This document shows, one piece after another, positions 45,322-56,178 of a stretch of 64,000 nucleotides of DNA. The DNA is taken from IMG/VR virus record IMGVR_UViG_3300021964_000021, positions 32,001 to 96,000 of that record. One strand, given 5' to 3'. The stretch's first letter is position 1. The number at the start of each line of letters is the position of its first letter. The notes under the pieces were generated by a model. That model made no database searches. It was not told where the DNA came from and worked only from the letters and a program-made list of their open reading frames with translations. This DNA comes from a virus. A program made the translations under genes and the position numbers.

Positions 45322-48300
45322 ATGGGTCTTAGTCGCTTAGATAATTTCCTCAAGAATAGTAAAGGTGATATCCTTTACGTCGATCCTTCTAGTATTGACT
45401 CGACGGATAGTATTGAAAACCAGGGCAATTCCCTTGTTAGACCCTTCAAGACTATTCAAAGAGCACTTTTAGAAGCAGCAAGATTCTCTTATCAGAAGGG
45501 TCTGGATAATGATAGATTTAGTAGAACAACGATCATCGTTTATCCTGGTGAGCACCTTATTGATAACAGACCTGGATGGATTCCCATTCATGATAAACCA
45601 TTAGTTGGTGACAACTGGTTGACTCGTAGTGGATCTACGTCAAATGATCTTACTCAGTTTACCTTAGATACTAATTTTGATATTGATGATCCAGAGAATG
45701 ATCTTTATAAGATGAACTCTGTCTACGGTGGTGTAATTATCCCCCGTGGTACATCTATTGTTGGTATGGACCTTCGTAAGACGAAGATCCGTCCGATGTT
45801 CGTTCCTGATCCTGCAGACGCAGATATTAAACAGACCTGTTTATTCCGTGTAACTGGTACTTGCTACTTCTATCAGTTCACATTCTTTGATGCTAATCCC
45901 AATGCGTCTGTCTTTAAAGACTATGGTCTGACAAAGTACGTTCCTAATTATTCTCACCATAAAGTTACTTGTTTTGAGTATGCTGATGGTGTAAACGATG
46001 TTGGATTTAATGATAATTTCTTAAATTATTCTTCTGAGAGAACTGACCTTGATATCTTCTATGAGAAGATTGGACTTGTCTTTGGTCCTTCTAGCGGAAG
46101 AAATGTATCTCCAGACTTCCCAGACTCTGGACTTGACATTCAAACCAAGATTGATGAATTTAGAATTGTTGGTTCTAAGGGTGAGAATGTTGGTATCAAT
46201 AGTATTAAAGCAGGTGATGGTATCACTGCAAATACAACTATTGAAGTTGAACTCACCGAAGCTATTGGTGGACTTGATGTAGATACTCCGATTAGAATTG
46301 AAGGTGTACCTACTGGTGGATATAATGGTTCCTTTGTAATTAGTGAGGTTCAAAGTCCCACTAAGATTGCTTACGAAGTATCTACTCCACCAGCAAATGC
46401 ACTTCCATCTATTGTTGCAGGTGCTCCAACACTGAATATTGTTGTTGACTCTGTAACTTCTGCATCTCCATATATCTTTAACTGCTCACTCCGTTCTGTA
46501 TACGGTATGTGCGGTCTTCATGCTGATGGTAGTAAGGCAGATGGATTCAAGTCCATGGTTGTTGCCCAGTTTACGGGTATTGGACTTCAAAAGGATGATA
46601 CTGCATTCGTAAAATATAATGCAATCTCTGGTGTATATGAAGACTCTACTGCCGTAAGTAACTTACACACCGACACCTCTGCAGTTTACAAACCAGACTA
46701 CGAGAACTTCCATATTAAAGCATCTAATGATGCATTCTTGCAGTTGGTTTCTGTGTTCGCTATTGGATATGCGAATCACTTTGTTGCTGAGTCTGGTGGT
46801 GACCACTCAGTTACGAACTCTAACTCCAACTTTGGTGCAAAAGCACTTGTATGTTCTGGATTCAGAAATAATGCATTCCCAAGAGATGATACTGGATTTA
46901 TCACTCACGTTCTTCCTCCTCAAAAACTTGATGATAATGAAGTAACTATTGAATTTGCATCGATTGACGTACAAAAAACTATCGATGCTGGTAATGATAA
47001 TAGATTATATCTTTATAATGAGATCAATCAAAATATTCCTCCAAAGTCTGTACTTGAGGGATATCGAATTGGTGCAAAAGTCGATGATAGACTGAAAGTT
47101 ATCATCAACGAGAATAATGTTCCTCAGACTAAAACTGCCAAAATTGTAATGCCAGACACCCAAGGAACGGGTGTCTATGAGGTAACTTCCACGAAGTTAT
47201 CTACTGTTGGTAGAACTGCTATTGGTATCAATAGTATTACCTCCAATATTTTCACTCTGACTGAAGGACATCAGTTTAAGTCTGGTGAATCTGTACGTAT
47301 TCTTAGTGATGATGGTGAACTCCCAGATGGTCTGGATCACAATAGAGTTTATTATGCTATTACTGCTGGTATTAATACTGACCAGATTAAATTAGCACAA
47401 ACTCTGAATGATACTATTAGTGCTTCTGCCGTTGTTGTAAACAGTAAGGGTGGTATTCTTCAGATTGAATCTAGAGTATCTGATAAGAAGTCTGGTGATA
47501 TTGGTCACCCAATTCAGTATGATGCTAATATTGGGCAATGGTATGTTAATGTATCCGATAACAATGAGATTTATAATACTGTTGTAGGACTTGGCACAAG
47601 TTCTCTTGGCGCAGCAACTCCAAAAACATTTATTAGCAGAACTCCAGATAACAGAGGTCTTGAGGATGGAATCTATAAGGTAAGATACGTTGTACCAAAA
47701 GATTCTACTGTTCTTGGTAGACCACCTGAGGATTCATTTGTTCTTCAAGAATCTAGCACTACCGTTGGATTTACCAATCAAGAAGTCGCTAAATTTAAAA
47801 GTACATCGCCAGTAGTCCTCTCAAATACATCTGAGATCAGAAATCCAAGATTTATTTCGGATACTGAATGGGATGCAATCGTTGGTATTGCTACAATTAA
47901 AACTGAAATTCCCCATGATTTGTCTGTAGGATCTAAAGTACAAATCTCAAATATTATCTCGACTGCAAATACTACTGGTCTTGGTAATACTGGATTTAAT
48001 GGTGTTTTTAGTGTTACTGCTACTCCTGATAGAAAATCTTTTAGTGTTGGTCTGACTACTAATCCTGGTATTTTTAGTAACAATATTAATCTTAGAACTA
48101 CAAGCCTTCCTAGATTTGAGCGTAAAGAGTATAATACTACTTTATTTGTATACAGAAAGGAAGAGATTCAAGAATATATTCCTAATGCAAAAGATGGTGT
48201 CTACCATCTGACTTTGATTGCTGCAGATTCTCAACCACAGGTTGCACCATTCCAAAATCTTAGATACAGTCAACCTCTTAAGAATCTTTATCCTCAGCTT

Positions 48301-51150
48301 GATAGAGATAATCCAACATCTGATCCTGAACAGACTAGAACCTTCGCTCTGCCAACTCCACTTGGTTTGACTGAAGTTAATAATCCAAAGAATAGTCTTA
48401 CAAAAGAGGTTATTAATAAGAGAACTAGAGACTTTGTATCTGGTATTAATATTGTTGAGATTACATCTTCCTCTGGAACCGCTCATACAGTAACTACTTC
48501 TGGAGACCACGGTCTTAATTACATCACTAAAGTTGGCATTACTAGTGTTGGTGCTAATTACGGTGATGGATCTGGTAGTGTTCAGACACTTCATAACGCA
48601 AAATTGGTCGGATTTGCTGGATCTACAACTGGTAAATATGCAACTGCTAATATTGAGATTGATGCTACTGGTTCTATCTCTGACATCAAGATTGTTGATG
48701 GTGGATCTGCATATGGAATTGGTAATACCCTGTCTGTTGTTGGTGTTGGTACAACTACGGGACACATCCGTGGTTATGTAACAGTTGAGCACATTCACAA
48801 TAGTATTGGTGATGTTCTTCGCATTGATGGAATCAGAGATGACAGATTCAGGGATTACAATAACCTCTACAGAATTACAAGTATAGGTAATGGTGATGAT
48901 GTAAACATTAATGTTGCTTCTGCAAGCACGGTATATTATAGAGAACAATTCGCTGCTCCTGCTGCTATCACTGGTATTAACACCAATGGATTAACTCAGA
49001 TTAGCTCTGCTGTTCTCTCTGACACTACTGCTTATCTAACTGGTGATGCAATTGGTATCAGTTCTATTACATATGATAACTTATCTGGTATCTCCAGCAT
49101 TACTACTGTTGATTCTCATGGTTTGTTGGTTGGCAACTCCATTGTAATTGGTGGAGCAGGTAATTCCCTGATTGATGGACACTGGAGTGTTGATACTGTC
49201 TATAATGTCAATAGTATTGCAGTTAAGATTGGTATTGGTACAACCACAGTAACACCAACTGGTGGTGGATTTATCTATAGAACTGGTGTTAATGCACAAG
49301 CATCTGGAATTGATCGTGCAGATGAAGCATCTTCTTCCAGACTCGTACCACAATATGCTGGTATTACTACTACCTTGGCAGCTGCGCTGACCGATCCAAC
49401 ACTTAATACGTTGACTGTTACTAATGCATCTCACATGGGATGGGATGTTGGTGACTATCTCATTATTGATAATGAAATAATGAGAATTGGTGAGTCTGTT
49501 ACTAGTGATACTGCGATTGATGTCTTCCGTGGACTGTTTGGATCTCAGAAGCAAAACCATGTAATTGGTGCTGTCGCAAGAAAAGTTAAGTTTGAACCAG
49601 TTGAATTTAGAAGAAACTCTATTATTCGTGCATCTGGTCATACCTTTGAATATCTTGGATTTGGACCTGGTAACTACTCCACTGCTCTTCCTGAGAGACA
49701 AGATAGGCAGTTCAAGCAAGTTGAGAGACTTCTGTCTCAGTCTATCTCTGTTAATGCAGGTACTCCGTTCTATAATGGACTTGATGACCAAGGTAACTCT
49801 TATACTGTTAACAAGTTTACTAGTGGTACTACAGGACAAGATTTAATTACCAATGCACCAATTCCTACTGTAACTGGTGAGGATATTACTAGCGATACTG
49901 GTGCAGTTGGATTTGATGTAGATCAAACCGAACAACTGTCTGTTACTAGAGGTATTAAGGTTGACGGTGGTAAAGATAATGTTATTATCTCTCAGTTTAA
50001 CGGTCCTCTTGTTGTTAATAAGAAACTGACTGTTAATGACTCTCTGGAAGGTAATAGTCTTTTGATCCAGGGTGATCAAACTATTGCTAGAGAGTATACA
50101 GTTGGCATCTCCACACCACAAATTGCAGGTAATGTTGGTAATGTTGTCTATGATGCAGAACCAAATTCTGGTGGTGAGATTGGATGGGTTTATACTAATG
50201 ACAACAACTGGAAGAAGTTTGGTCCTATTCAGGCAAATCCAGACAATTATTATGTTGGTCTCTGGAGTGGAACATTTAGAGGTGATGGATCTGGTCTGAC
50301 AAACGTATCTGACGTTTGGGTGTTTGACGGTGTTGGTATCTCTACTACTGCAAACGTTGGTATTGAGACGACCTCAGCAAAACCAGGTTATTCTCTGTAT
50401 GCTAGTGGTCCTGTTCTTTTTGAAAATAACGTTGAGTTTAGAACTCAATCGCTGGTTTGGAACATTCCAAACGGTTGGATTGTAGAGACTGGTATTAGTA
50501 CCTTTAATCAGCAAGTCAACTTCAATACTGTCAATGCAGTCGGTGTTGCTACATTCTTGCAGAGTGTCATTGTCTCTACTGATCCTGCAGTTACAAATGA
50601 TGCGTCTGATAATGATGGTAACTTTGTCAGATTTGTTCAGACTGACCCAGCACTTAATGCCTCTTATGGATATGGTGGTCTGAAGTTTGAAGGTAATGAC
50701 ATTGGTAACACTGGTGAGCGTGGATACATCAAGGGTCTATCTGAGGGTACTTCTGGACAATTTGCTCTGGTCTTTGGTACAATGGAGAACGGAGTCTCCA
50801 ATCCTCAGGAGAGACTCAGAATCAACGCTGCTGGTAATGCAAACTTCTCTGGCACAGTCACTGCTAACTCTGATGAAAAACTGAAGGAGAATGTTGTTGG
50901 TATCACCAACGCACTTGAGAAGGTCATGGATCTTAGAGGTGTCTACTTCAACCGTATTGGTAAAGAAGAGCGCGAGATTGGTGTTATTGCACAAGAAGTT
51001 GAGAAGATTCTTCCTGAACTTGTTAAGGAAGGTCCAGATGGAACCAAAGCAGTTGCATATCAAAATATGGTTGCGGTGCTTGTTGAAGCAATCAAAGAGC
51101 AACAAGAACAAATTAATGAACTAAGATTGAGATTGGATTATCTTAAATGA
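45322..51150 (+). CDS. Large virion structural/tail fibre protein with C-terminal intramolecular chaperone (peptidase S74-like)
   Basis: 1942 aa with N-terminal RPFKTIQRAL and C-terminal SDEKLKENV...GVIAQEVE..LPELV plus coiled coil. AATAAATA upstream. Confidence 0.8.
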   Translation: MGLSRLDNFLKNSKGDILYVDPSSIDSTDSIENQGNSLVRPFKTIQRALLEAARFSYQKGLDNDRFSRTTIIVYPGEHLIDNRPGWIPIHDKPLVGDNWLTRSGSTSNDLTQFTLDTNFDIDDPENDLYKMNSVYGGVIIPRGTSIVGMDLRKTKIRPMFVPDPADADIKQTCLFRVTGTCYFYQFTFFDANPNASVFKDYGLTKYVPNYSHHKVTCFEYADGVNDVGFNDNFLNYSSERTDLDIFYEKIGLVFGPSSGRNVSPDFPDSGLDIQTKIDEFRIVGSKGENVGINSIKAGDGITANTTIEVELTEAIGGLDVDTPIRIEGVPTGGYNGSFVISEVQSPTKIAYEVSTPPANALPSIVAGAPTLNIVVDSVTSASPYIFNCSLRSVYGMCGLHADGSKADGFKSMVVAQFTGIGLQKDDTAFVKYNAISGVYEDSTAVSNLHTDTSAVYKPDYENFHIKASNDAFLQLVSVFAIGYANHFVAESGGDHSVTNSNSNFGAKALVCSGFRNNAFPRDDTGFITHVLPPQKLDDNEVTIEFASIDVQKTIDAGNDNRLYLYNEINQNIPPKSVLEGYRIGAKVDDRLKVIINENNVPQTKTAKIVMPDTQGTGVYEVTSTKLSTVGRTAIGINSITSNIFTLTEGHQFKSGESVRILSDDGELPDGLDHNRVYYAITAGINTDQIKLAQTLNDTISASAVVVNSKGGILQIESRVSDKKSGDIGHPIQYDANIGQWYVNVSDNNEIYNTVVGLGTSSLGAATPKTFISRTPDNRGLEDGIYKVRYVVPKDSTVLGRPPEDSFVLQESSTTVGFTNQEVAKFKSTSPVVLSNTSEIRNPRFISDTEWDAIVGIATIKTEIPHDLSVGSKVQISNIISTANTTGLGNTGFNGVFSVTATPDRKSFSVGLTTNPGIFSNNINLRTTSLPRFERKEYNTTLFVYRKEEIQEYIPNAKDGVYHLTLIAADSQPQVAPFQNLRYSQPLKNLYPQLDRDNPTSDPEQTRTFALPTPLGLTEVNNPKNSLTKEVINKRTRDFVSGINIVEITSSSGTAHTVTTSGDHGLNYITKVGITSVGANYGDGSGSVQTLHNAKLVGFAGSTTGKYATANIEIDATGSISDIKIVDGGSAYGIGNTLSVVGVGTTTGHIRGYVTVEHIHNSIGDVLRIDGIRDDRFRDYNNLYRITSIGNGDDVNINVASASTVYYREQFAAPAAITGINTNGLTQISSAVLSDTTAYLTGDAIGISSITYDNLSGISSITTVDSHGLLVGNSIVIGGAGNSLIDGHWSVDTVYNVNSIAVKIGIGTTTVTPTGGGFIYRTGVNAQASGIDRADEASSSRLVPQYAGITTTLAAALTDPTLNTLTVTNASHMGWDVGDYLIIDNEIMRIGESVTSDTAIDVFRGLFGSQKQNHVIGAVARKVKFEPVEFRRNSIIRASGHTFEYLGFGPGNYSTALPERQDRQFKQVERLLSQSISVNAGTPFYNGLDDQGNSYTVNKFTSGTTGQDLITNAPIPTVTGEDITSDTGAVGFDVDQTEQLSVTRGIKVDGGKDNVIISQFNGPLVVNKKLTVNDSLEGNSLLIQGDQTIAREYTVGISTPQIAGNVGNVVYDAEPNSGGEIGWVYTNDNNWKKFGPIQANPDNYYVGLWSGTFRGDGSGLTNVSDVWVFDGVGISTTANVGIETTSAKPGYSLYASGPVLFENNVEFRTQSLVWNIPNGWIVETGISTFNQQVNFNTVNAVGVATFLQSVIVSTDPAVTNDASDNDGNFVRFVQTDPALNASYGYGGLKFEGNDIGNTGERGYIKGLSEGTSGQFALVFGTMENGVSNPQERLRINAAGNANFSGTVTANSDEKLKENVVGITNALEKVMDLRGVYFNRIGKEEREIGVIAQEVEKILPELVKEGPDGTKAVAYQNMVAVLVEAIKEQQEQINELRLRLDYLK

Positions 51151-51335
51151 ATCTGTGGAGAATCTGGGCAAAAGCACTAGGTCAAAAGGAGGGTAAAAAT
51201 GATAGAGAGGCAGATATTGTTGCTTGCATACGCACCTTTATTCTTATTTGTTACATGGTCACTAATGTGGCTATCGTGGCAAATGCCGTAAGGCATTGGA
51301 ACGATGTTCCTACGCCAGCTTGCGAAGTGTCATAG
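51147..51335 (+). CDS. Small membrane protein
   Basis: WRIWAKALG followed by a transmembrane segment. Confidence 0.55.
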   Translation: MNLWRIWAKALGQKEGKNDREADIVACIRTFILICYMVTNVAIVANAVRHWNDVPTPACEVS

Positions 51336-51338
51336 TAT

Positions 51339-51359
51339 GGGGGCAATGCCCCCTTTTTT
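51339..51359 (+). terminator. Rho-independent terminator
   Basis: GGGGGC-AAT-GCCCCC followed by TTTTTT. Confidence 0.75.
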
Positions 51360-51397
51360 ATGGTGTATACTTACTGCATACAACGATCTTCGCATTC

Positions 51398-54300
51398 GTG
51401 CTCAACATCTACGTCGATACTCTCAAGGGTTCTAAGAACTCCTTCAACGTTGGCGAGACCCACTTCACCTGGGAGCACCGTCATCGTGGACGTGACTATG
51501 GTAAAGCGAAGCAGGTTCTTACCCAGTTGGATTCCAAGTATGTTCGTTGTGCTTGGTGGGAGAACGTGTCTACCCGTGATGACAAGGATCATCACCATGA
51601 CACCATCATTCATGAGTGGTTGATGACTCTTCCTGGTGTCAAGAAGATTGGTCAGGAGACTTTTGAGTTTGATCTCAAACTTTATACAATTGAGATCCTT
51701 GTTCAGATGATGGAGGAGAAGTTTTTCTCTGGCAAGAAGAAGGAATATGTTGAGTTTGTTCCCCGTCCATATCAGCAGAAGTTCCTTAAGAAGATTGCAT
51801 GGTGTACTAGCAACGAGTTCTTGCTGTTCGCTAAGTGCCGTGCAGGTAAGTCTGCAATGGTCCTTAAACATATTGTTGATACCAACTATAAGGTATCCCT
51901 GGTTTGCTCCCGTCAGAAGTCTCCTGAGGGGTCCTGGAAGGCGGATTCAAACCAGTTCTTCCCTTCAGTCAAGTACATCTCTCTCAAGGATCCTGGTTGG
52001 GAGACCTACCTTGAGTATTGGCGTGATCGTGATGTGAACGTTGTTCTCTGGGGTACAGTTCAGACTTGCCTGAAGCGTCTGGATAAGATCAAGAACGTTG
52101 ACTTTGTTGCTTTTGATGAGGCACACATTGGTGGTAATGCACCAGAGTTCGTTCAATTGCGTGAGGCACTTGACACTCGTATCTGCTACATCTCTGGAAC
52201 TGCCCATAAACTCTGTTGGATGTTCCCTGATGAGAACCAGAAGTTTGTCTATACCTACTTTGATGAGCAACTGGATGTTCAGCGTGGGATCTTTAAGCGT
52301 CCTAAGATGAAGGTTGCCTTTGCCAAGTATCAAACATCTGCATATCAGGAGATCTTCGGTGATGATCCTGATGCAATGAAGAATATTTTCACCATGAAGG
52401 GAACTAAGTTCCTGTATGAGGATCTGGTAAGGGAGTTCATTCATAATTACTTTGGACCGCAGCGTAATATCCGCATTGGTGATCGCCTTCTTAAAGGTAC
52501 ATATCACATGATGGCACTACCTAGTGTCAAGGCATGTCATGCATTCCAAAAACTGGTTGAGTGTTATTATCCTGCACTGGTTGTTACTTCTGATGCTAAG
52601 AAGAATCAGGATGACATCAATCGATTCTTGGATGAGCATTCCAAGGCATTGATCATCACTCAGTCTGCAAATGTTCTGGGTGTGACTGCTGAGAAGATTG
52701 ATACTGTTATCAACTGCCGTGGTGGTGAGTCAATCGAGTTCTGGACTCAGTTTGCGTTCCGTGGTGGATCTGGTGATCATGACTGGTGGGTCATTGATTT
52801 TGATGCTCAGAGGTGCCTCCGTGCTATTCACACGGCATTCCAGTTGGCATGTGATAGCAATCCTTCTTTGTCACAATATAGTGTTGTTGACTTCACCAAC
52901 ATTCATGAATGGAACGATGGGTTCCAGGAACTGAGCAAGGAAGCATTTGAAGATGCTTTAGCGGCAGATGTTGAGAGCAGCATCTCTACTGTTACCAGCA
53001 TCGTTGAGTCACTGGATCTCAGTGGACTGAGTGACTTTCATCTCAATTTGAAGTCTGCTCTTACCTCTGTTGTCAAGGAGACCCAGTTGAATGACAATGG
53101 TGCAAACAATCGGAGCTGCATTGAGCGGGAGACTGAGATTGCAAAAAAGTCTGATGACCTTGATACTCTGAAGAAGCAGACTGTCAAGGCACTCTTGGAG
53201 TCAATTCCACTGTCTATGTTTTATATTATTCGTAATGGACAGAATGTTTATTCTATCAATGATGTGATTGGGTCTGATGTATATACTTCTGTCACTGGTG
53301 ACAAGGAAGGTATTCTCTCTGAGGTTATCTCTAAGAATCCTCAGAGTATGGAGTTGTTGACTCGCCGCATTGGATTAGTCTCCAACAGCATCCAGAAGAG
53401 CATGAGGCAGTCTGTCTCTCAGACTATTAACAGTCTCTCAGTCTCATCTGCGATTCAGCAGTCAATTCCAACCACGTTGCTTGACAACATGATTGATCAG
53501 TGCAAAGATATGAGCAACACATACATGTTTGGTGATCCCAGTGGTTCCCATTCTGCTCGACTCCTGGAACGTGGTATCGATCCCAACCGTCTCACTGTGT
53601 GGGAGAGTTGCGATAGTCATCGCAGTCGTGTAGAATATATTCATAAACAGATCAACGTCGTTGCCTCCCACCCAAACATGAAGTTCACCGCCATCCTTGC
53701 CAATCCCCCATACAACGACCCCACAAAGAAGGCACGGAACAACAAACTGTGGACCAAGGTGGTTGAGCAGCATCTGGAGATGCTTGCTCCTGGTGGAGAC
53801 ATGTGTGAGGTGACCCCTGCATCGGTGTTGGGTAACACAGGCAAGGGTAAGAAGTTTATGAAGTTGTTCTCTACTATCTACAACCTCAAACTCATTGACT
53901 ACACTGCCGATGATTACTTCACTGAGGGTGTGGATATCTGTCGCTGGCACCTGGTGAATGAACCATATCAGGGCAAGACTACTGTGATTACTCATGATGG
54001 GTCCTTCACCTGGGATCTCCGTGATGGTCTGCCTCTCTTCGGTGATGCTGCTTTTAAGCACTCCATCCTGGAGAAGATTGCAAACTCAAACCACCCTCGT
54101 ATTCCCTTGAAGATTGGTCAGGAGATTGCCAATGAGGACTACGTTCCTGATGGTAAGTATGAGGTCTTCAAGACTGGTGACAAGATTGCTCGTACCAACG
54201 TGGTCCCAAACACTGGAGACGTGCTAAAGTTCATTGTACCGTTCTCCTCCAGCTACAAGAAGAGGTTCATCTCTAATGGATTTGTGGGTATGCTTAATGT

Positions 54301-54523
54301 TTGGTGCCCTATTCCTTCTCAAGAGGAGGGGACGCGCCTTAGTGAGATCTTTGATAATTCGATCATTCGGTTTTTTGTGGAGAACTATAAGCGGACTTCG
54401 GGATTTACTCCAGCTATTAAGAATGCGGAAGTACCTGACATCACGAACTATGAGGATCTGCCTGGTCAATTTGGTCTCACCTCAGAAGAACTAAACTACC
54501 TCCAACGAATCAATGTCCTCTAA
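51398..54523 (+). CDS. Nuclease-like / SF2 helicase / N6-adenine methyltransferase fusion (type ISP/IIG restriction-modification-like)
   Basis: Likely GTG start. GIY-YIG-like N-terminus (NIY...VGET), Walker A-like AKCRAGKS, DEAH, SGT, and C-terminal ANPPY. Confidence 0.65.
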   Translation: MLNIYVDTLKGSKNSFNVGETHFTWEHRHRGRDYGKAKQVLTQLDSKYVRCAWWENVSTRDDKDHHHDTIIHEWLMTLPGVKKIGQETFEFDLKLYTIEILVQMMEEKFFSGKKKEYVEFVPRPYQQKFLKKIAWCTSNEFLLFAKCRAGKSAMVLKHIVDTNYKVSLVCSRQKSPEGSWKADSNQFFPSVKYISLKDPGWETYLEYWRDRDVNVVLWGTVQTCLKRLDKIKNVDFVAFDEAHIGGNAPEFVQLREALDTRICYISGTAHKLCWMFPDENQKFVYTYFDEQLDVQRGIFKRPKMKVAFAKYQTSAYQEIFGDDPDAMKNIFTMKGTKFLYEDLVREFIHNYFGPQRNIRIGDRLLKGTYHMMALPSVKACHAFQKLVECYYPALVVTSDAKKNQDDINRFLDEHSKALIITQSANVLGVTAEKIDTVINCRGGESIEFWTQFAFRGGSGDHDWWVIDFDAQRCLRAIHTAFQLACDSNPSLSQYSVVDFTNIHEWNDGFQELSKEAFEDALAADVESSISTVTSIVESLDLSGLSDFHLNLKSALTSVVKETQLNDNGANNRSCIERETEIAKKSDDLDTLKKQTVKALLESIPLSMFYIIRNGQNVYSINDVIGSDVYTSVTGDKEGILSEVISKNPQSMELLTRRIGLVSNSIQKSMRQSVSQTINSLSVSSAIQQSIPTTLLDNMIDQCKDMSNTYMFGDPSGSHSARLLERGIDPNRLTVWESCDSHRSRVEYIHKQINVVASHPNMKFTAILANPPYNDPTKKARNNKLWTKVVEQHLEMLAPGGDMCEVTPASVLGNTGKGKKFMKLFSTIYNLKLIDYTADDYFTEGVDICRWHLVNEPYQGKTTVITHDGSFTWDLRDGLPLFGDAAFKHSILEKIANSNHPRIPLKIGQEIANEDYVPDGKYEVFKTGDKIARTNVVPNTGDVLKFIVPFSSSYKKRFISNGFVGMLNVWCPIPSQEEGTRLSEIFDNSIIRFFVENYKRTSGFTPAIKNAEVPDITNYEDLPGQFGLTSEELNYLQRINVL

Positions 54524-54929
54524 GAACCGCCACAACCAACAGCACGGGTCTAATATTGAACGCTCTGATGAGCGTATTAAGCAGACACAGGAGGTCTTCA
54601 CTCCAATTGCTCTGATTGAGCAGATGATTCTGGAGATCCCTGTGTCACAACTGAAGGATCCCGAATCTAAATTCATGGACAACTGTGCTGGTAGTGGTAA
54701 CTTCCTTGTTTGTCTGTGTGAGATACTGCAGGAATATCACAGCAGAGATCACATCATCAACAACATGATGTATGCTGTGGAGTTGATGGAAGATAATCAC
54801 AAAGAGATGTGTAGGAGACTTGACATCCCTACAGATCATCCGCACTTCGTCTGTGCGGACGCACTTCAGTATCACTACAGGTTTGATGGGACCACAGGAC
54901 CTGTCACGATGGATCAGTTTGTGGTATAG
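54513..54929 (+). CDS. Small SAM-binding DNA methyltransferase subunit
   Basis: QEVFTP (motif X), DNCAGSGNFL (motif I), YAVEL and CADAL; no NPPY. Confidence 0.75.
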   Translation: MSSKNRHNQQHGSNIERSDERIKQTQEVFTPIALIEQMILEIPVSQLKDPESKFMDNCAGSGNFLVCLCEILQEYHSRDHIINNMMYAVELMEDNHKEMCRRLDIPTDHPHFVCADALQYHYRFDGTTGPVTMDQFVV

Positions 54930-54942
54930 TATCTCTATCGAT

Positions 54943-56178
54943 ATGAGTTCAATGCAACTTCGTCCCCATCAGGCAAAGGCACTTGATGTCATGACTCAGT
55001 GGTCAAACGGCATCATTGTGGTCCCTACTGGTGGGGGCAAGACCTTTATTGCTATCTCTGATGCTAAACGTGAGCTTGCTACCCCTGGTCGTAAGACTAT
55101 TGTAGTGGTTGCTCCTCGCTTGCTCCTGGCACAACAGTTGTCTGCTGAGTTCACTGAGCACATCACTAACGCTGCTGTCTTGCACGTTCACTCTGGTAGT
55201 GGATCGCATCACACGACAACCAATCCTGAAGAAATTCGGTTGTGGCAGGAGTATACTCCTGGTCACTTGTTAATATTTACTACATATCATTCTCTGCATC
55301 GTATCCAAGAGTCTAAAATTGATGTAGATGTAGTTTACTTTGATGAAGCACACAACTCAATCAAGAAGAACTTCTTTGGTCCTACCAGGTTTATCTCTGC
55401 TGGTGCTCGCCGCAGTTACTTCTTTACTGCTACTCCTAAGTACACTGCCACTTATCGCAAATATGGCATGAATGATCCTATCTATGGTGGAATCATCTAT
55501 AACGTCCCTGCTACAGAGTTGGTAAAGAATGGTTCTATCCTTCCCCCTAAGATCAATGCTATTCCTATTGCTGGTCACAGGGAGAAGGGAGAGGATGCTG
55601 CACAGGGAGACTGTGATACTCTCCTAGATACTTTGAAGTATGAAGACTGCATGGATAAGGTGCTGATTGCAGCACCTAACACAAAGGTTATGATGCGTAT
55701 GCTTGCAACCACAGACTTCATGTCTGAGGTTCGTGCCTTAGGTTATGACCTGCTCTGGATCACCAGTAAGCATGGTGCCTTCCACAACGATCAGAAGGTT
55801 ACTCGTGAGCACTTCTTCAACCTTGTTCGCGCTTTTGGTGCTGACCCTGATAAGAAGTTTGTTGTTCTCCATTACTCTATTCTGAGTGAGGGCATCTCTG
55901 TTCCTGGTCTGACTTCTCTTGTTCTCATGCGACAGATGAACGTTATTGAGATGTGTCAGTCTGTTGGACGTGTCATTCGTCTGCACCTGGATGACATTCA
56001 AGGTATCAAGCAGGGCACTCTCATCCCTGGTGATACTAAGCAATACTCCAAACCATTCGGTTTAGTCCATGTTCCTGTCTACAGCAACGTTGGAATCTCC
56101 ACAGTCAAACGCCTTGAGAAGGTCGTTAACACTGTATTTGTTCAGGGTCAACCCGCTATTGCCACCATTAAACGATGA
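54943..56178 (+). CDS. SF2 DEAH helicase (ResIII-like)
   Basis: LRPHQ, PTGGGKT, DEAH, TATP, LSEGI and QSVGRVIR. Extended -10 TGGTATAGT upstream. Confidence 0.88.
   Translation: MSSMQLRPHQAKALDVMTQWSNGIIVVPTGGGKTFIAISDAKRELATPGRKTIVVVAPRLLLAQQLSAEFTEHITNAAVLHVHSGSGSHHTTTNPEEIRLWQEYTPGHLLIFTTYHSLHRIQESKIDVDVVYFDEAHNSIKKNFFGPTRFISAGARRSYFFTATPKYTATYRKYGMNDPIYGGIIYNVPATELVKNGSILPPKINAIPIAGHREKGEDAAQGDCDTLLDTLKYEDCMDKVLIAAPNTKVMMRMLATTDFMSEVRALGYDLLWITSKHGAFHNDQKVTREHFFNLVRAFGADPDKKFVVLHYSILSEGISVPGLTSLVLMRQMNVIEMCQSVGRVIRLHLDDIQGIKQGTLIPGDTKQYSKPFGLVHVPVYSNVGISTVKRLEKVVNTVFVQGQPAIATIKR

Noticed and set aside
46021-51111. Long antisense ORFs within the 1942-aa gene (also at 23..640, 8637..9314 and 21966..22565)
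   Set aside because: These are shadow ORFs caused by codon bias in the real genes; they show no recognisable motifs.
51296-51397. Upstream start of the helicase-methyltransferase ORF
   Set aside because: It runs through the previous gene, a terminator and a TATACT -10 element. GTG at 51398 is more plausible.
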